Source: Desulfobacterales bacterium (GTDB taxonomy: Bacteria > Desulfobacterota > Desulfobacteria > Desulfobacterales > UBA2174). From it: 64,000 nt of DNA. The translations under genes were made by a program, and so were the position numbers. The notes under the pieces are model-generated. The model made no database searches and had not been told where the DNA came from. It saw nothing but the letters and a program-made list of their open reading frames with translations. Of this stretch, positions 29,583-38,972 are shown piece after piece; within the stretch, counting starts at the first letter, position 1, and the number at the start of each line of letters is the position of its first letter. Location of the stretch: contig CAXXWC010000019.1 of assembly GCA_963668645.2 (NCBI GenBank), positions 448,001-512,000 on the forward strand, in the 5' to 3' direction.

Positions 29583-29903
29583 CTAACGCGCTACGAAGTC
29601 CGTCTTGAGCCGGTCGGCGATATTCAACGACTGGTCCAGGGCGTCATTGATCTGAAACAACTGAACCTTGAGGGTCTTGAGGCTGGCCGGGGTCGCCGTG
29701 ATCCGGTTGCCGCTTTCCAGAATTTCCCTCAATTCACGCGCTTTAACCGAAAGACCGGTGAGTTTCTCGGTGAAGCGTCCGACTTCCTTTGCCCATTTGC
29801 GCCGCTCTTCATCGGCGAATTCGATCGGCTGGTTGCCAAGCCCTTCCATCAAGGCATCAATGCCATAATCTTCAGGATCTGCGATAATTTCGTAGGGAGA
29901 CAT
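29583..29903 (-). CDS. Hypothetical protein (106 aa, helical)
   Basis: Strong AAAGGAGG RBS before ATG 29903; no recognised motif. Confidence 0.75.
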   Translation of the reverse strand: MSPYEIIADPEDYGIDALMEGLGNQPIEFADEERRKWAKEVGRFTEKLTGLSVKARELREILESGNRITATPASLKTLKVQLFQINDALDQSLNIADRLKTDFVAR

Positions 29904-30014
29904 GGTTCCTCCTTTCCGCGGGCCAGGCCGCTCTGGATGTTCCGTAGGCTTCCGTACTGCACAGGATTGATCGTCGGCTGCGACCATCGGCTGCAATGGA
30001 TGACGAATAATCGT

Positions 30015-30030
30015 TACAAATCTTGTGCCA
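30015..30030 (-). promoter_or_regulatory. Putative sigma54 (-24/-12) promoter
   Basis: TGGCAC-AAGAT-TTGTA versus consensus TGGCAC-N5-TTGCW, pointing at the 29903 ORF. Confidence 0.5.
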
Positions 30031-30225
30031 TTGCACCCAAAACCTTCATAACGATCCGGAACCGGAGGAGATTACTGGATATTCCGCGCGCCGCGGGAAT
30101 TCTGCGGCGGCGGTTCTGGCGGGCATTTCATGAACAGTCCATGGGCACCTTGGGTACAGCCTGAGAGGCGATTCAACCGGCCTGGAGACGGTGCTTGCGG
30201 CAACAGATTCCGCGATCCTGCGGCA

Positions 30226-30804
30226 TCAAACCCGGCCCTTGAGCCCGATGGCCTCGGCCGCCCGGCGCATCCCCTGGATGGTATCGTCGATCAACTCGTT
30301 CAGATCGGTGCCGAGCATGGCGGCCCCCTTTTCGATGATCGACCGATCCACGCCGGCGGCGAAGCGCTTGTCCTTCCATTTTTTCCTGACCGATTTGACG
30401 GGCAGATCCAGAACGCTCTGGGAGGGGCGCACCAGGGCCGCGGCCGCCACCAGCCCGGTCAGTTCGTCGATGGCGTACAGCACCTTTTCCATGTCGCTTT
30501 GCGGCTGCACATCCGAGCAGATCCCCCATCCATGGCTCACCACGGCCCGGATATAGATTTCGGGCCAGTCCTGTTCGCGCAGCATCCTTTCCGATTGCCG
30601 GCAGTGCTGGTCCGGATACGCTTCGTAATCCAGATCGTGGACCAGCCCCACGATGCCCCAGACATCCGGGTCCGCACCGCGCTTTTCGGCGATGTAGCGC
30701 ATGACGGCTTCGACGGCCAAGGCATGTTTGATCAGGGTTTCGCTGTGGTTGTGGCGGGTCAACAAAGTCCACGCCTCTTCGCGGTTCGGAACATGTTCAG
30801 TCAT
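30226..30804 (-). CDS. HD/HDIG-domain hydrolase
   Basis: LIKHALAVEAVM, GLVHDLDYE, SHG, DELTGL, FAAGVDR. Confidence 0.88.
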   Translation of the reverse strand: MTEHVPNREEAWTLLTRHNHSETLIKHALAVEAVMRYIAEKRGADPDVWGIVGLVHDLDYEAYPDQHCRQSERMLREQDWPEIYIRAVVSHGWGICSDVQPQSDMEKVLYAIDELTGLVAAAALVRPSQSVLDLPVKSVRKKWKDKRFAAGVDRSIIEKGAAMLGTDLNELIDDTIQGMRRAAEAIGLKGRV

Positions 30805-31048
30805 GGCATCTTTCCTCGTTGTCGGCTATACTGCGATACAGCACCTCAAGGCGCTCGCGATGCCCGTTGATAGTCCGCTCGACCCGGATTGTCAATCGGC
30901 GCCCGGGCAGGTCGATTTGACAGGCGCCGTTGCGTGCGTAGCTTGCGGATGCATGGCCGGTATGCCCCATGGGGGGCGCAGCGATCCGATACTCTTAAGA
31001 AGGAGTACCGGCGCAAGAACCAATTCGAACTTCAGGAGGTCGATACTT

Positions 31049-31372
31049 ATGCAGACCGCGGTGACGTTCAAGAACCTGGATTCCTCCGAGCATTTCAAAC
31101 AGTATGTGCAGGAAAAACTCGATCGGGTGGACAAGCTGCTCGACAAACCCGCTTCGGCTGAGGTGGTCCTGTACGTGGACAGCCTAAAGCAGGTCGCTGA
31201 AGTACGCCTCTCCGGAGGAGGAATCAGTATCCAGGCCAAAGCCGAAGAAGATGATCTGCATGCAGCCATCGATCAGATGGTAGACCGGGTCAAGCGCCAG
31301 ATCAACAAACGCAAGGAAAAGGTGCGCGAACGCCGCCCTTCGCGCCTGGAGACGGTGGAAAGCGTGGAATGA
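31049..31372 (+). CDS. raiA: Ribosome hibernation factor (short HPF/RaiA family)
   Basis: VTFKNLDSS...YVQEKL...DLHAAIDQMVDRVKRQI; AGGAGG RBS. Confidence 0.88.
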   Translation: MQTAVTFKNLDSSEHFKQYVQEKLDRVDKLLDKPASAEVVLYVDSLKQVAEVRLSGGGISIQAKAEEDDLHAAIDQMVDRVKRQINKRKEKVRERRPSRLETVESVE

Positions 31373-31373
31373 C

Positions 31374-31414
31374 AAGGGGCCCCATCCGGCCCGCGGCCGG
31401 AAGAGGGGTCCCTT
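31374..31414. terminator. GC-rich hairpin between convergent genes
   Basis: AAGGGGCCCC-A-TCCGGCC-CGC-GGCCGGA-AGA-GGGGTCCCTT directly after the raiA stop. Confidence 0.5.
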
Positions 31415-31459
31415 CTGGTTGCTCCGGTCGCCCTTGAACCCGTTCAGCCTCCCGCCGGG

Positions 31460-32059
31460 TCAAGCATGGACTTCCCTGGCGGCAGGTTGAAGGCGGCGGA
31501 TCCGAAGGAGGTTTTCTTCGTACCAGATACAGATTGCAGCCGCTGTCGGCGCGCCACCGGCAGAAAGGGGCCAATCGCCAAAAACCGCGTCATTGTCCGG
31601 ATCGACAATGACGCGGTCCTGTTTTAAAACATTGTCAAGAGCGCCGGCCAACACGCTGTCCGGAACGCAAAAATCGCCCCCCGCACGGCCGGTACCATGA
31701 CAAACGCGCCACGGCCGCGGCTCCGCTCTGCGGCAAACGGTATGAAAGGGGATCTTGCACTCCTGTAGAAACGGCGGGATCGCGTCGCTTCCAGTGATGT
31801 CGACCACAACGGTCGGCCTCTTGCGCATCCGCTTGCGCGGTCGGCCCACCTGGCTGAAACGGGTGGCGGCGGTCGCCAGTTCCGGCCGCCGGTAAAAAAA
31901 GACGATGCGCCCGGCCACCAGTTCGAAGGGCGTGCCCGGTGGATGTGTTTCGGTCTCGGTGATCCGATAGACCTTGGCCACCCCCCGGCGCTCGCGACGG
32001 ATCAGCACCAGACTGGCCCAATCCTGCAATCCGCCCCCCGAGACCCCTAGAAGATACAT
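31460..32059 (-). CDS. Hypothetical protein resembling a degenerate terminase nuclease (RNase H-like) domain
   Basis: TGATG coupling to the aminopeptidase; YLLGVSGGGLQDWASLVL, PPGTPF, VVDITG, VP..VL...L, AICIW. Confidence 0.5.
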   Translation of the reverse strand: MYLLGVSGGGLQDWASLVLIRRERRGVAKVYRITETETHPPGTPFELVAGRIVFFYRRPELATAATRFSQVGRPRKRMRKRPTVVVDITGSDAIPPFLQECKIPFHTVCRRAEPRPWRVCHGTGRAGGDFCVPDSVLAGALDNVLKQDRVIVDPDNDAVFGDWPLSAGGAPTAAAICIWYEENLLRIRRLQPAAREVHA

Positions 32060-34539
32060 CAGGGCGCCCCCATCCGTTGGTTGATCGCCAGCCGCTCCAG
32101 CCCCATCTCGACCACGGAGGCCAGCGCCGGCCTCTCGGCGGTGTAGTCCCGGACGAACCGGTGCACCTCGCCGGGGCAGGCCAGGCCCGGGACCGCCATC
32201 ACCGAAACCAGCACCCGTTCGTAAAGCAGCGGGTGCATCGCCTCCAGCCGCGGCCGGTTTTCCAGGAACCACGGCCAGAGCCGGCCGGCCAGGGCCGGGT
32301 TAAACGCGGCGGCCACTACCGGTACGAAACGATTGCGCTCGGGCACCTTTGCTAAAACGGTCTCCAGGGCCGCTTGGGCCACGGACCAGTCGGAAAAGGC
32401 GCCCATGGCGGTCAAAACGGCCAGCCGTTCATGCTCGCTGTCCGTTTTCTCCAGCCGGTCCCGGAAACACACCAGGGCCTCGGCGCCTGCAAGGTAGGCC
32501 GCGGCCTGGTAGCTGCTCTGGATCAGATCCGGGTGCAACGCGGCCCCGGACAGGACGCGTTCAACCACCGGCCCCATCCGGCCGGACATGCCGGCGTCGC
32601 CGCAGATCAGCCCGAGCCAGATCATCTGTTCGCGCAGCACGGCCGTGGCCAGGGTTTCTTGGGGCCGCGGCTCCAGTCCGAACCGATCCAGGGCTGCACC
32701 GGCCGTACGGCCGGCGATGGCGGCCACGGCATGCTGCCGGGCACCGGTGGTGGTGGCAAGACAAAGCCTGAGGTTGGCCACGATGCCCAGCAAGGGCAGC
32801 AGGGCCGTCTCGCCGGCGTAATGGCCCAGCCAGTTCAGGTAGGTGTCGACCCCGGCCGCCCCGGCCCGCACCAGGGCGAACAGATCGTCCTGCAAGCCCC
32901 AGCGATCGGCCGCATCAAGGCGTCCCGCAGCAAAAAGCGGCCCCAGGCGCTCCAGATCCACGGCTGCGGCGTAGTCCACCCGGTAAAATCCCCGGTGCCC
33001 GTCGTTGAGCTTGAAAGCCGCGGTGTTCGCGGGCAGCGGCAACCGGGAATGCCGCGCGTCGAAGTAAAGCTCCAGCCGTGTCCGGCCGCCTTCGGGGTCG
33101 AAGGCCGCCACCGTCAGGGGGATGGGCCAGCACTGGTCGGTTTCCAGGGGCAGATAGGTGAATCGCCGTTGCTCCAGGACCAGTTCGTCCCCCTGGCGCC
33201 GGACGGTCACCACGGGGTGGCCCGGCTGCGAGACCCAGCTTTGGACCATGGCCAGGACCGGCCGGGTGCTGACGGCCTCGAAGGCTTCCCACAGATGGCG
33301 GCTGGCCGCGCAGCCGTAAGCGTGATCGGTCAGGTAGCGGTGCATGCCCGAGCGAAAGTTCTCCGGACCGATGTAGTCCTCGACCTGGCGCAGGAGGCTG
33401 CCCCCCTTGCTGTAGATGATCGGGGCCGTGCCGGTGTTGATCACCACGTGGTCCCCGCCGGGGATCTCGATGGACGGGGTGCCGCGCAGGCCGTCGCGTT
33501 CCAGGGCCGCGGCAGTCTGCCCCTGGACGAACTGGCTCCAGGCGTCCCAATCGGGACGCAGATCGTCGATGATCCGGTAGGCGCCGTAGGTGGCGAAGCT
33601 TTCATTGAGCCACAGATATTTCCAGTCCTCCGGCGTGACCAGATTGCCGAACCACTGGTGGACGATTTCGTGGGCGATGACCTCGGCGATGCGCACCTCG
33701 GCCTGGCGCGAGGTGGTAAGGGCATCGTGGAGCAGCAGGTTTTCACGAAAGGTGATGGCCCCCCAGTTTTCCATGGCCCCGAAGGCGAAGTCCGGCACCC
33801 CGATCAGATCGAGCTTTTCGAGCGGATAGGCGATTCCGAAGTAATTTTCGCAGTGGGCCAGGGCCTGGCGTCCGAGGCCCAGCCCGAAGCGCCCCCGCTC
33901 CCGGTGGCCGGGCAAGGTGGCGATGCGCACCCGCGGATCGGCCTGGTCTGCCGTCAGTTCAAAAGGACCCAGCCCGAAAAAGACCAGGTAGGTCGACATG
34001 CGCGGAGTCGGGGCGAACATAACGTTCCGGCGCCCGCCGGCCATTACGGTCTCCCGGGTTGCGGGTTGATTGGCCAGGGCCGTCAGGCCGCCGGGTGTGG
34101 TCATGGCGATTTCGAAAACAGCCTTGGCATCGGGCCGATCGAGGCACGGCAGCGCACGGCGGGCATCGCTTTCCTGGAACTGGGTGACGGCCATCACCCC
34201 GCTGCCCGCCGCACCGGTGTAACGGCTGCGGTAAAAGCCGACCATGCGATCGGTGATCCGCCCCCGGTAGGCGATCTGCAAAACCAGCGGCCCGGTCCGG
34301 AGCCCGGGAAGACGCACGGTGAGGAGTTCGGCCGCCGGATCGATGCTGAAGGCGCATTCCTGCCTATCCTCGCCATCGACCAGGGTGCAGCGCCACACCG
34401 CCAGCTCGAGCACGTTGAGCTGCAAGACATCCAACGGTGCGCCGGCCTGCCAGTGGATCTCCACCTGACCGTCAAATTCGCCGCAATCCAGGTCGGGGGT
34501 GATGGAAAGGCGGTAAAGAGAAGGAAAAAAATTGTTCAT
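32059..34539 (-). CDS. M1 family aminopeptidase (PSA/tricorn-interacting-factor-like, ERAP1-type C-terminus)
   Basis: TQFQESDARR, MSTYLV, GAMENWG, HEIVHQW...WLNESFA, YSKG. Confidence 0.93.
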   Translation of the reverse strand: MNNFFPSLYRLSITPDLDCGEFDGQVEIHWQAGAPLDVLQLNVLELAVWRCTLVDGEDRQECAFSIDPAAELLTVRLPGLRTGPLVLQIAYRGRITDRMVGFYRSRYTGAAGSGVMAVTQFQESDARRALPCLDRPDAKAVFEIAMTTPGGLTALANQPATRETVMAGGRRNVMFAPTPRMSTYLVFFGLGPFELTADQADPRVRIATLPGHRERGRFGLGLGRQALAHCENYFGIAYPLEKLDLIGVPDFAFGAMENWGAITFRENLLLHDALTTSRQAEVRIAEVIAHEIVHQWFGNLVTPEDWKYLWLNESFATYGAYRIIDDLRPDWDAWSQFVQGQTAAALERDGLRGTPSIEIPGGDHVVINTGTAPIIYSKGGSLLRQVEDYIGPENFRSGMHRYLTDHAYGCAASRHLWEAFEAVSTRPVLAMVQSWVSQPGHPVVTVRRQGDELVLEQRRFTYLPLETDQCWPIPLTVAAFDPEGGRTRLELYFDARHSRLPLPANTAAFKLNDGHRGFYRVDYAAAVDLERLGPLFAAGRLDAADRWGLQDDLFALVRAGAAGVDTYLNWLGHYAGETALLPLLGIVANLRLCLATTTGARQHAVAAIAGRTAGAALDRFGLEPRPQETLATAVLREQMIWLGLICGDAGMSGRMGPVVERVLSGAALHPDLIQSSYQAAAYLAGAEALVCFRDRLEKTDSEHERLAVLTAMGAFSDWSVAQAALETVLAKVPERNRFVPVVAAAFNPALAGRLWPWFLENRPRLEAMHPLLYERVLVSVMAVPGLACPGEVHRFVRDYTAERPALASVVEMGLERLAINQRMGAP

Positions 34540-34573
34540 TAAAAACCTCGGATGGGAAAGGGGTACGATAAAA

Positions 34574-35191
34574 TCAATCGCCGGTCGGCGCGCTGGGCAG
34601 CGGCTCTTGATTCTGATGGGTCTTGACGTGGGCCACCAGATCGGCCAGGGGCTGGCCGCCGGGTGTTGCGGCCTGGGGATTGAGGGCCAGCAGCCGCTGC
34701 CAGGCCTCCAGGGCGCCGTCTACGTCCTGCAGATCGTGCAGCAGCACGATCCCCTTGTTGAACATGGCGATTTCGTGGTTCGGATCGATGGCCAGGGCCT
34801 TGTCAAAGGTCGCCACGGCCCGCTGCGGGTCGCCCCGGCGCCGGTACATGACCCCCAGATCGGTAACCAGATCCGGGTTGTTCGGGTTGAGGGCCAGCGA
34901 CTTCTCGTAGGCCGCGATGGCCCGGTCCGGATCGTCGCGGTCGAACAGATAATGCCCCAGCCGGGCCCAGGATGCAGAGTCTTGCGGGTGGAGTACCGTT
35001 TCCTTTTGCAGCGCCTCCAACTGCGGATCCGGCCCTGCCGGCGCCGTTGCCGCCGGCAGGCTGCTTTTCCCTGCCTTGTAGACCCCGAAGGCCACACCGC
35101 CGACGAACCCCAGGATCAGGGCGACGAAAGCCACCAGGATCATGGTCTCGGTTTTAACGGTGCCGGGGACCGCAGGTCGGGTCTGGGGCAT
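34574..35191 (-). CDS. Membrane-anchored TPR protein
   Basis: N-terminal hydrophobic helix then TPR repeats (LG..Y...A...Y.KAL..P). Confidence 0.85.
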   Translation of the reverse strand: MPQTRPAVPGTVKTETMILVAFVALILGFVGGVAFGVYKAGKSSLPAATAPAGPDPQLEALQKETVLHPQDSASWARLGHYLFDRDDPDRAIAAYEKSLALNPNNPDLVTDLGVMYRRRGDPQRAVATFDKALAIDPNHEIAMFNKGIVLLHDLQDVDGALEAWQRLLALNPQAATPGGQPLADLVAHVKTHQNQEPLPSAPTGD

Positions 35192-35372
35192 GGATCGATT
35201 CTTTCTGTTCCGGGGTGGCACTTCTGCTTGCAGGCACCCCCTTGGCTAGGGCCACGCTGCTGGCGGCAATGGCGGTCACCATAGGCCAGGGCCGGAGGTG
35301 TGTCAATGTACCTTTTTCATTTGTAATCGCCGGGGCTTGATGCTACCTTCGATGGCCATGAAATGTCGCCAA

Positions 35373-35630
35373 ATGAAGCTTTCGCCCGCTTTGCTGGGCG
35401 GTATTTTTTTCGGCATCGGCCTGGCCGGCCTGCTTTTCCTGGGGTGGGGCGAATTGCGCCTGGGCTTTTTGCTGCTCGTCTACTGCCTGGTGATCATCGG
35501 TTCGCGTCTCGACCAGATCGCCGGCCTGCTCGAGAGCATTGATCGGAAGCTGACCGCCGCCGGACCGGTGCGCTCGATGGCGCCCCCGGATGCCGATCAC
35601 TCCCCTCCTGAAAGCCAGACTCCGCCATGA
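35373..35630 (+). CDS. Small hypothetical membrane protein (2 TM)
   Basis: Two hydrophobic segments; ATGA overlap with the next gene; start uncertain. Confidence 0.6.
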   Translation: MKLSPALLGGIFFGIGLAGLLFLGWGELRLGFLLLVYCLVIIGSRLDQIAGLLESIDRKLTAAGPVRSMAPPDADHSPPESQTPP

Positions 35631-36493
35631 ACAGTTACAGCCTGCCCCCGGGGGCCGGAAAGCCGGTATCGGTTCACGGGGGCCACAGCGGCCAGTTTTG
35701 CAACCATGCCCGCGACAGCCTGGCTCAAGTGGTGGCCGCCTATGCTGCCGGGCGGTTCGCATGGGTCGGACTCACCGAGCATATGCCCCCGCCTGACGAT
35801 TCTTTTCTCTACCCCGAAGAACGCAGCGCCGGCCTGGACAGCGCCGCCATGTACCGGCGCTTTGCGGCTTATATGGCTGAAGCCCGGCGGTTGCAACGCC
35901 GCTGGCGTGCCCATCTGAACATCCTGGTCGGCTTCGAAACCGAGGCCTGCAGCGACGCCTTGGCTCTCGCACAACGGTTGCAGGAAGAATTTTCGCCCGA
36001 TTACATCGTCGGTTCGGTCCACCATGTGGACGACATCCCCTTCGATTACTCGGCCGCCCACTATGCCGAGGCCACGGCCCGCTGCGGGAGCCTCGATCGT
36101 CTTTACACGGACTATTTCGACCTTCAGATGGAGATGATAACCCTCCTCCGCCCCCAGGTGGTGGGCCACTTCGACCTGGTGCGCCTTTTCGATCCGGATT
36201 ACCGGAACCGCATGGCAAAGCCCGAAATTTCACGGCGCATCGCTCGCAACCTGGAAAAGGTGCGCCAGATCGGCGCAGTCCTCGATTTCAACACGGCCGG
36301 ATTTGACAAGGGTCACGGCGAACCGTATGTCAGCGCCTCCATTCGATGCATGGCGCGCGAAATGGGCATCCCCCTGATCCCCGGGGACGACAGCCACGGA
36401 GTGGATACGGTGGGACGCCACATGCAACGGGCCATCGCGCTGCTGGCCCAAGAGGGCTTTGCCACCGACTGGTCCCGGCCCGTCACGGGTTGA
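35627..36493 (+). CDS. PHP-domain histidinol-phosphatase (HisJ/HisK family)
   Basis: HGGHSGQFCNHA, LTEHMP, GFETE, VGSVHH, GHFD, GDDSH. Confidence 0.88.
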   Translation: MNSYSLPPGAGKPVSVHGGHSGQFCNHARDSLAQVVAAYAAGRFAWVGLTEHMPPPDDSFLYPEERSAGLDSAAMYRRFAAYMAEARRLQRRWRAHLNILVGFETEACSDALALAQRLQEEFSPDYIVGSVHHVDDIPFDYSAAHYAEATARCGSLDRLYTDYFDLQMEMITLLRPQVVGHFDLVRLFDPDYRNRMAKPEISRRIARNLEKVRQIGAVLDFNTAGFDKGHGEPYVSASIRCMAREMGIPLIPGDDSHGVDTVGRHMQRAIALLAQEGFATDWSRPVTG

Positions 36494-36629
36494 CCGCTCC
36501 CGGGCGCGGCGCCCACCGAGTTTTTCTTGCCGTTTATCGGCAAGGGTGTTAAAGGAAATTTTCCCGGCTGAAGCCGAATAGTTGGCCGCCAGCCGCATAG
36601 CGCTCCTGCTATCAAGATGTTAACCTTCC

Positions 36630-37241
36630 ATGCCCGATCAAAATCCACCCAATCTTCTGGAATGTAAACCGGGTACGACGCCTAAACGTTCCACGGCCGC
36701 TCGGGGCGGGCGCCTGATTTCCGCTGCGACGAATCTATATGACAGATTCGTCAAACTGCGCGGTTGTCCTCGAGAAATCGCCAAGGGATTCGCATTGGGG
36801 CTCTTTGTCGGAATGAGCCCGACCATGGGGTTTCAGATGCTTATCGCCGTCCCCCTTGCCGCCTTGCTCCGATGGAACAAACTGGCTGCCGCCGCCGGGG
36901 TATGGATCAGCAACCCGGTCACGGCCCCCGTGCTCTACGGCACCACCTATCTGCTGGGCGCCAAGATCCTGGGGATGACCGGACATCCCATGTCTTCCGG
37001 CTTGGCCGAAGGTTTTAGCGTGCTGAAAATGCTGGCCAAGGCACCTCAACTCTTTTGGGCGATGACCATCGGCGGGCTGATCTTGGGCATTCCGATAGCC
37101 CTTGCAGGCTATTATCTGGCCCTTTCCGCAGTGCGCAAATACCGGGCCGAAATCCAGCAAAAAATCGCCGCCGGCAAACAAAAGCTGGCCTCCCGCCGTT
37201 CCGGGCGCCGCAGCAAGAAAAGCAAGCGGCGCCGAAACTGA
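36630..37241 (+). CDS. DUF2062 family membrane protein
   Basis: PREIAKGFALGLFVGMSP..G.Q, WISNPVT. Confidence 0.85.
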   Translation: MPDQNPPNLLECKPGTTPKRSTAARGGRLISAATNLYDRFVKLRGCPREIAKGFALGLFVGMSPTMGFQMLIAVPLAALLRWNKLAAAAGVWISNPVTAPVLYGTTYLLGAKILGMTGHPMSSGLAEGFSVLKMLAKAPQLFWAMTIGGLILGIPIALAGYYLALSAVRKYRAEIQQKIAAGKQKLASRRSGRRSKKSKRRRN

Positions 37242-37324
37242 GATCTTCCCGGCCGGACATTACAAAGCCCGCTTCACCTCTCATGGTTGCAGCGGAGGCC
37301 AACAGGCCAGAGCGAGCCCATGAA

Positions 37325-38956
37325 ATGGTGGACATCCTCCTGGTTCAACCGCCGATTCGCGATTTTTACCTGACCGCTAAAAGGACCTTTCCCGCCGGTC
37401 TGGCCAGTATCGGTGCGGCACTGCGCGACGCCGGCTTTACGGTGGCGATTCTCGATGCCCTGGCCACCCACCGGCGCCGCATCAAACCGCTGCCCGCGGC
37501 CCTGGAGGACCTGGCGCCCCTCTACGGTCCGCCGGACCAGTCACCCTTTGCGCTCTTTTCCAGCTGGGCCCACCACGGCCTCGGATTCGACACCGTCGGC
37601 AAACGTGCCGCAGCCGCCGCCCCGCGGCTGGTAGGGGTTTCGGCCCTGTTCACCGCCTACGCCGAAGAGGCCCGGGCCGCCACCGAGGCCATCCGCCGCC
37701 ACCTGCCGGCGGTCCCCCTCGTTGTCGGTGGCCACCACGCCACCGCCCTGCCCGGGGATGTGCTCGCCTGGCCGGCGGTCGATTTCGTTATCCGCGGCGA
37801 CGGCGAAGAGGCCATGGTGACCCTGGCCAGGGGACTGCTCAGGGGACAGGACCGCATCGGCGGGCCGGGGATCGTGGCCCGCAAAGATGCCCCAGCGCCG
37901 CCGGCCGGCGACACGGCTCTGGTATCCGATCTGGATCGGCTCCCCGCACCGGCCCTGGACCTGGTTCCGCGCAAGGCCTACCGCCGGGCCGGAGTGGATG
38001 CCATCCAGGTGACGGCCAGCCGCGGCTGTCCTTTCGGATGCAGCTATTGCGCCTTTGGCGCCCGGGATGCGCCCCCCTACCGGCGCCGCTCGGTGGCCTC
38101 GGTAATGGGTGAAATCGATGCGGCCCGGCAGGCCGGACCCATCGGCTTCATCGATTTTGAAGACGAAAATTTAACCCTCGATCGCGGCTGGTGCCTGGAA
38201 CTGCTGGCCGAACTGCGGCGGCGGTTCGAACCGGGAAGCATGGAATTGCGGGCCATGAACGGGCTGATGCCATCGACCCTCGACGCCGGGCTGATCCAGG
38301 CCATGCACGACGCCGGTTTTACCACTCTCAACCTCTCGTTGGGCACCGCGATCCCGCGCCGGGCACGTTTTTTCCGGCGCCCCGACCTGCGCCGGTCCTT
38401 GGATCGGGCACTGGCAACCGCCGCGGATCTGGGAATGGAAACGGTGGGCTACATCATCGCGGGGGCCCCGGCCCAGCCGTGCACCGAAAGCCTCGGGGAC
38501 CTGCTCTACCTGGCCGTGAGACCGGTGCTGGCAGGGGTTTCGGTCTTCTACCCGGTCCCCGGCACCCTCGATCACGAACGCTGCGCAAATCTGGGCCTGC
38601 TGCCGGTGTGCACCGCCCGCATGCGGGCCTCGGCCCTGCCTGTGGCCCGGCGCATCGAAACGCTGACCTTGCTGCGCCTGGCCCGCCTGCTCAACTTCGC
38701 CAAATCCCTCATCGACCAGGGGGAAGCCCTGCCGGCCCCGGCCTCCCTGCCCGCCGGCCCCATCGCTGGAGGCGCGGACCGCCGGGAACTCGGCCGCCGG
38801 CTATTGGCCGCCTTTCTCCACGACGGGAAACTGCGCGGCGCCGACCGCCAGGGCAATTGGTGGGACCATCGCACCGATCAGCGCGCGGCGACCCTTTTTG
38901 CCCGGGCCATGCGTCAGGTCCCGATCCGCGGCAGCGGCCGCAAAATCAATCCATAA
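37325..38956 (+). CDS. B12-binding domain radical SAM protein
   Basis: ILLVQPP...PAGLASI, VVGGHHAT, GDGE, ASRGCPFGCSYC, DFEDEN. Confidence 0.9.
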   Translation: MVDILLVQPPIRDFYLTAKRTFPAGLASIGAALRDAGFTVAILDALATHRRRIKPLPAALEDLAPLYGPPDQSPFALFSSWAHHGLGFDTVGKRAAAAAPRLVGVSALFTAYAEEARAATEAIRRHLPAVPLVVGGHHATALPGDVLAWPAVDFVIRGDGEEAMVTLARGLLRGQDRIGGPGIVARKDAPAPPAGDTALVSDLDRLPAPALDLVPRKAYRRAGVDAIQVTASRGCPFGCSYCAFGARDAPPYRRRSVASVMGEIDAARQAGPIGFIDFEDENLTLDRGWCLELLAELRRRFEPGSMELRAMNGLMPSTLDAGLIQAMHDAGFTTLNLSLGTAIPRRARFFRRPDLRRSLDRALATAADLGMETVGYIIAGAPAQPCTESLGDLLYLAVRPVLAGVSVFYPVPGTLDHERCANLGLLPVCTARMRASALPVARRIETLTLLRLARLLNFAKSLIDQGEALPAPASLPAGPIAGGADRRELGRRLLAAFLHDGKLRGADRQGNWWDHRTDQRAATLFARAMRQVPIRGSGRKINP

Positions 38957-38972
38957 AGTCGACCGCCCGCGC

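Noticed and set aside
31460..32059. Prophage remnant
   Set aside because: Only one terminase-like fragment; no portal, capsid, integrase or att sites nearby
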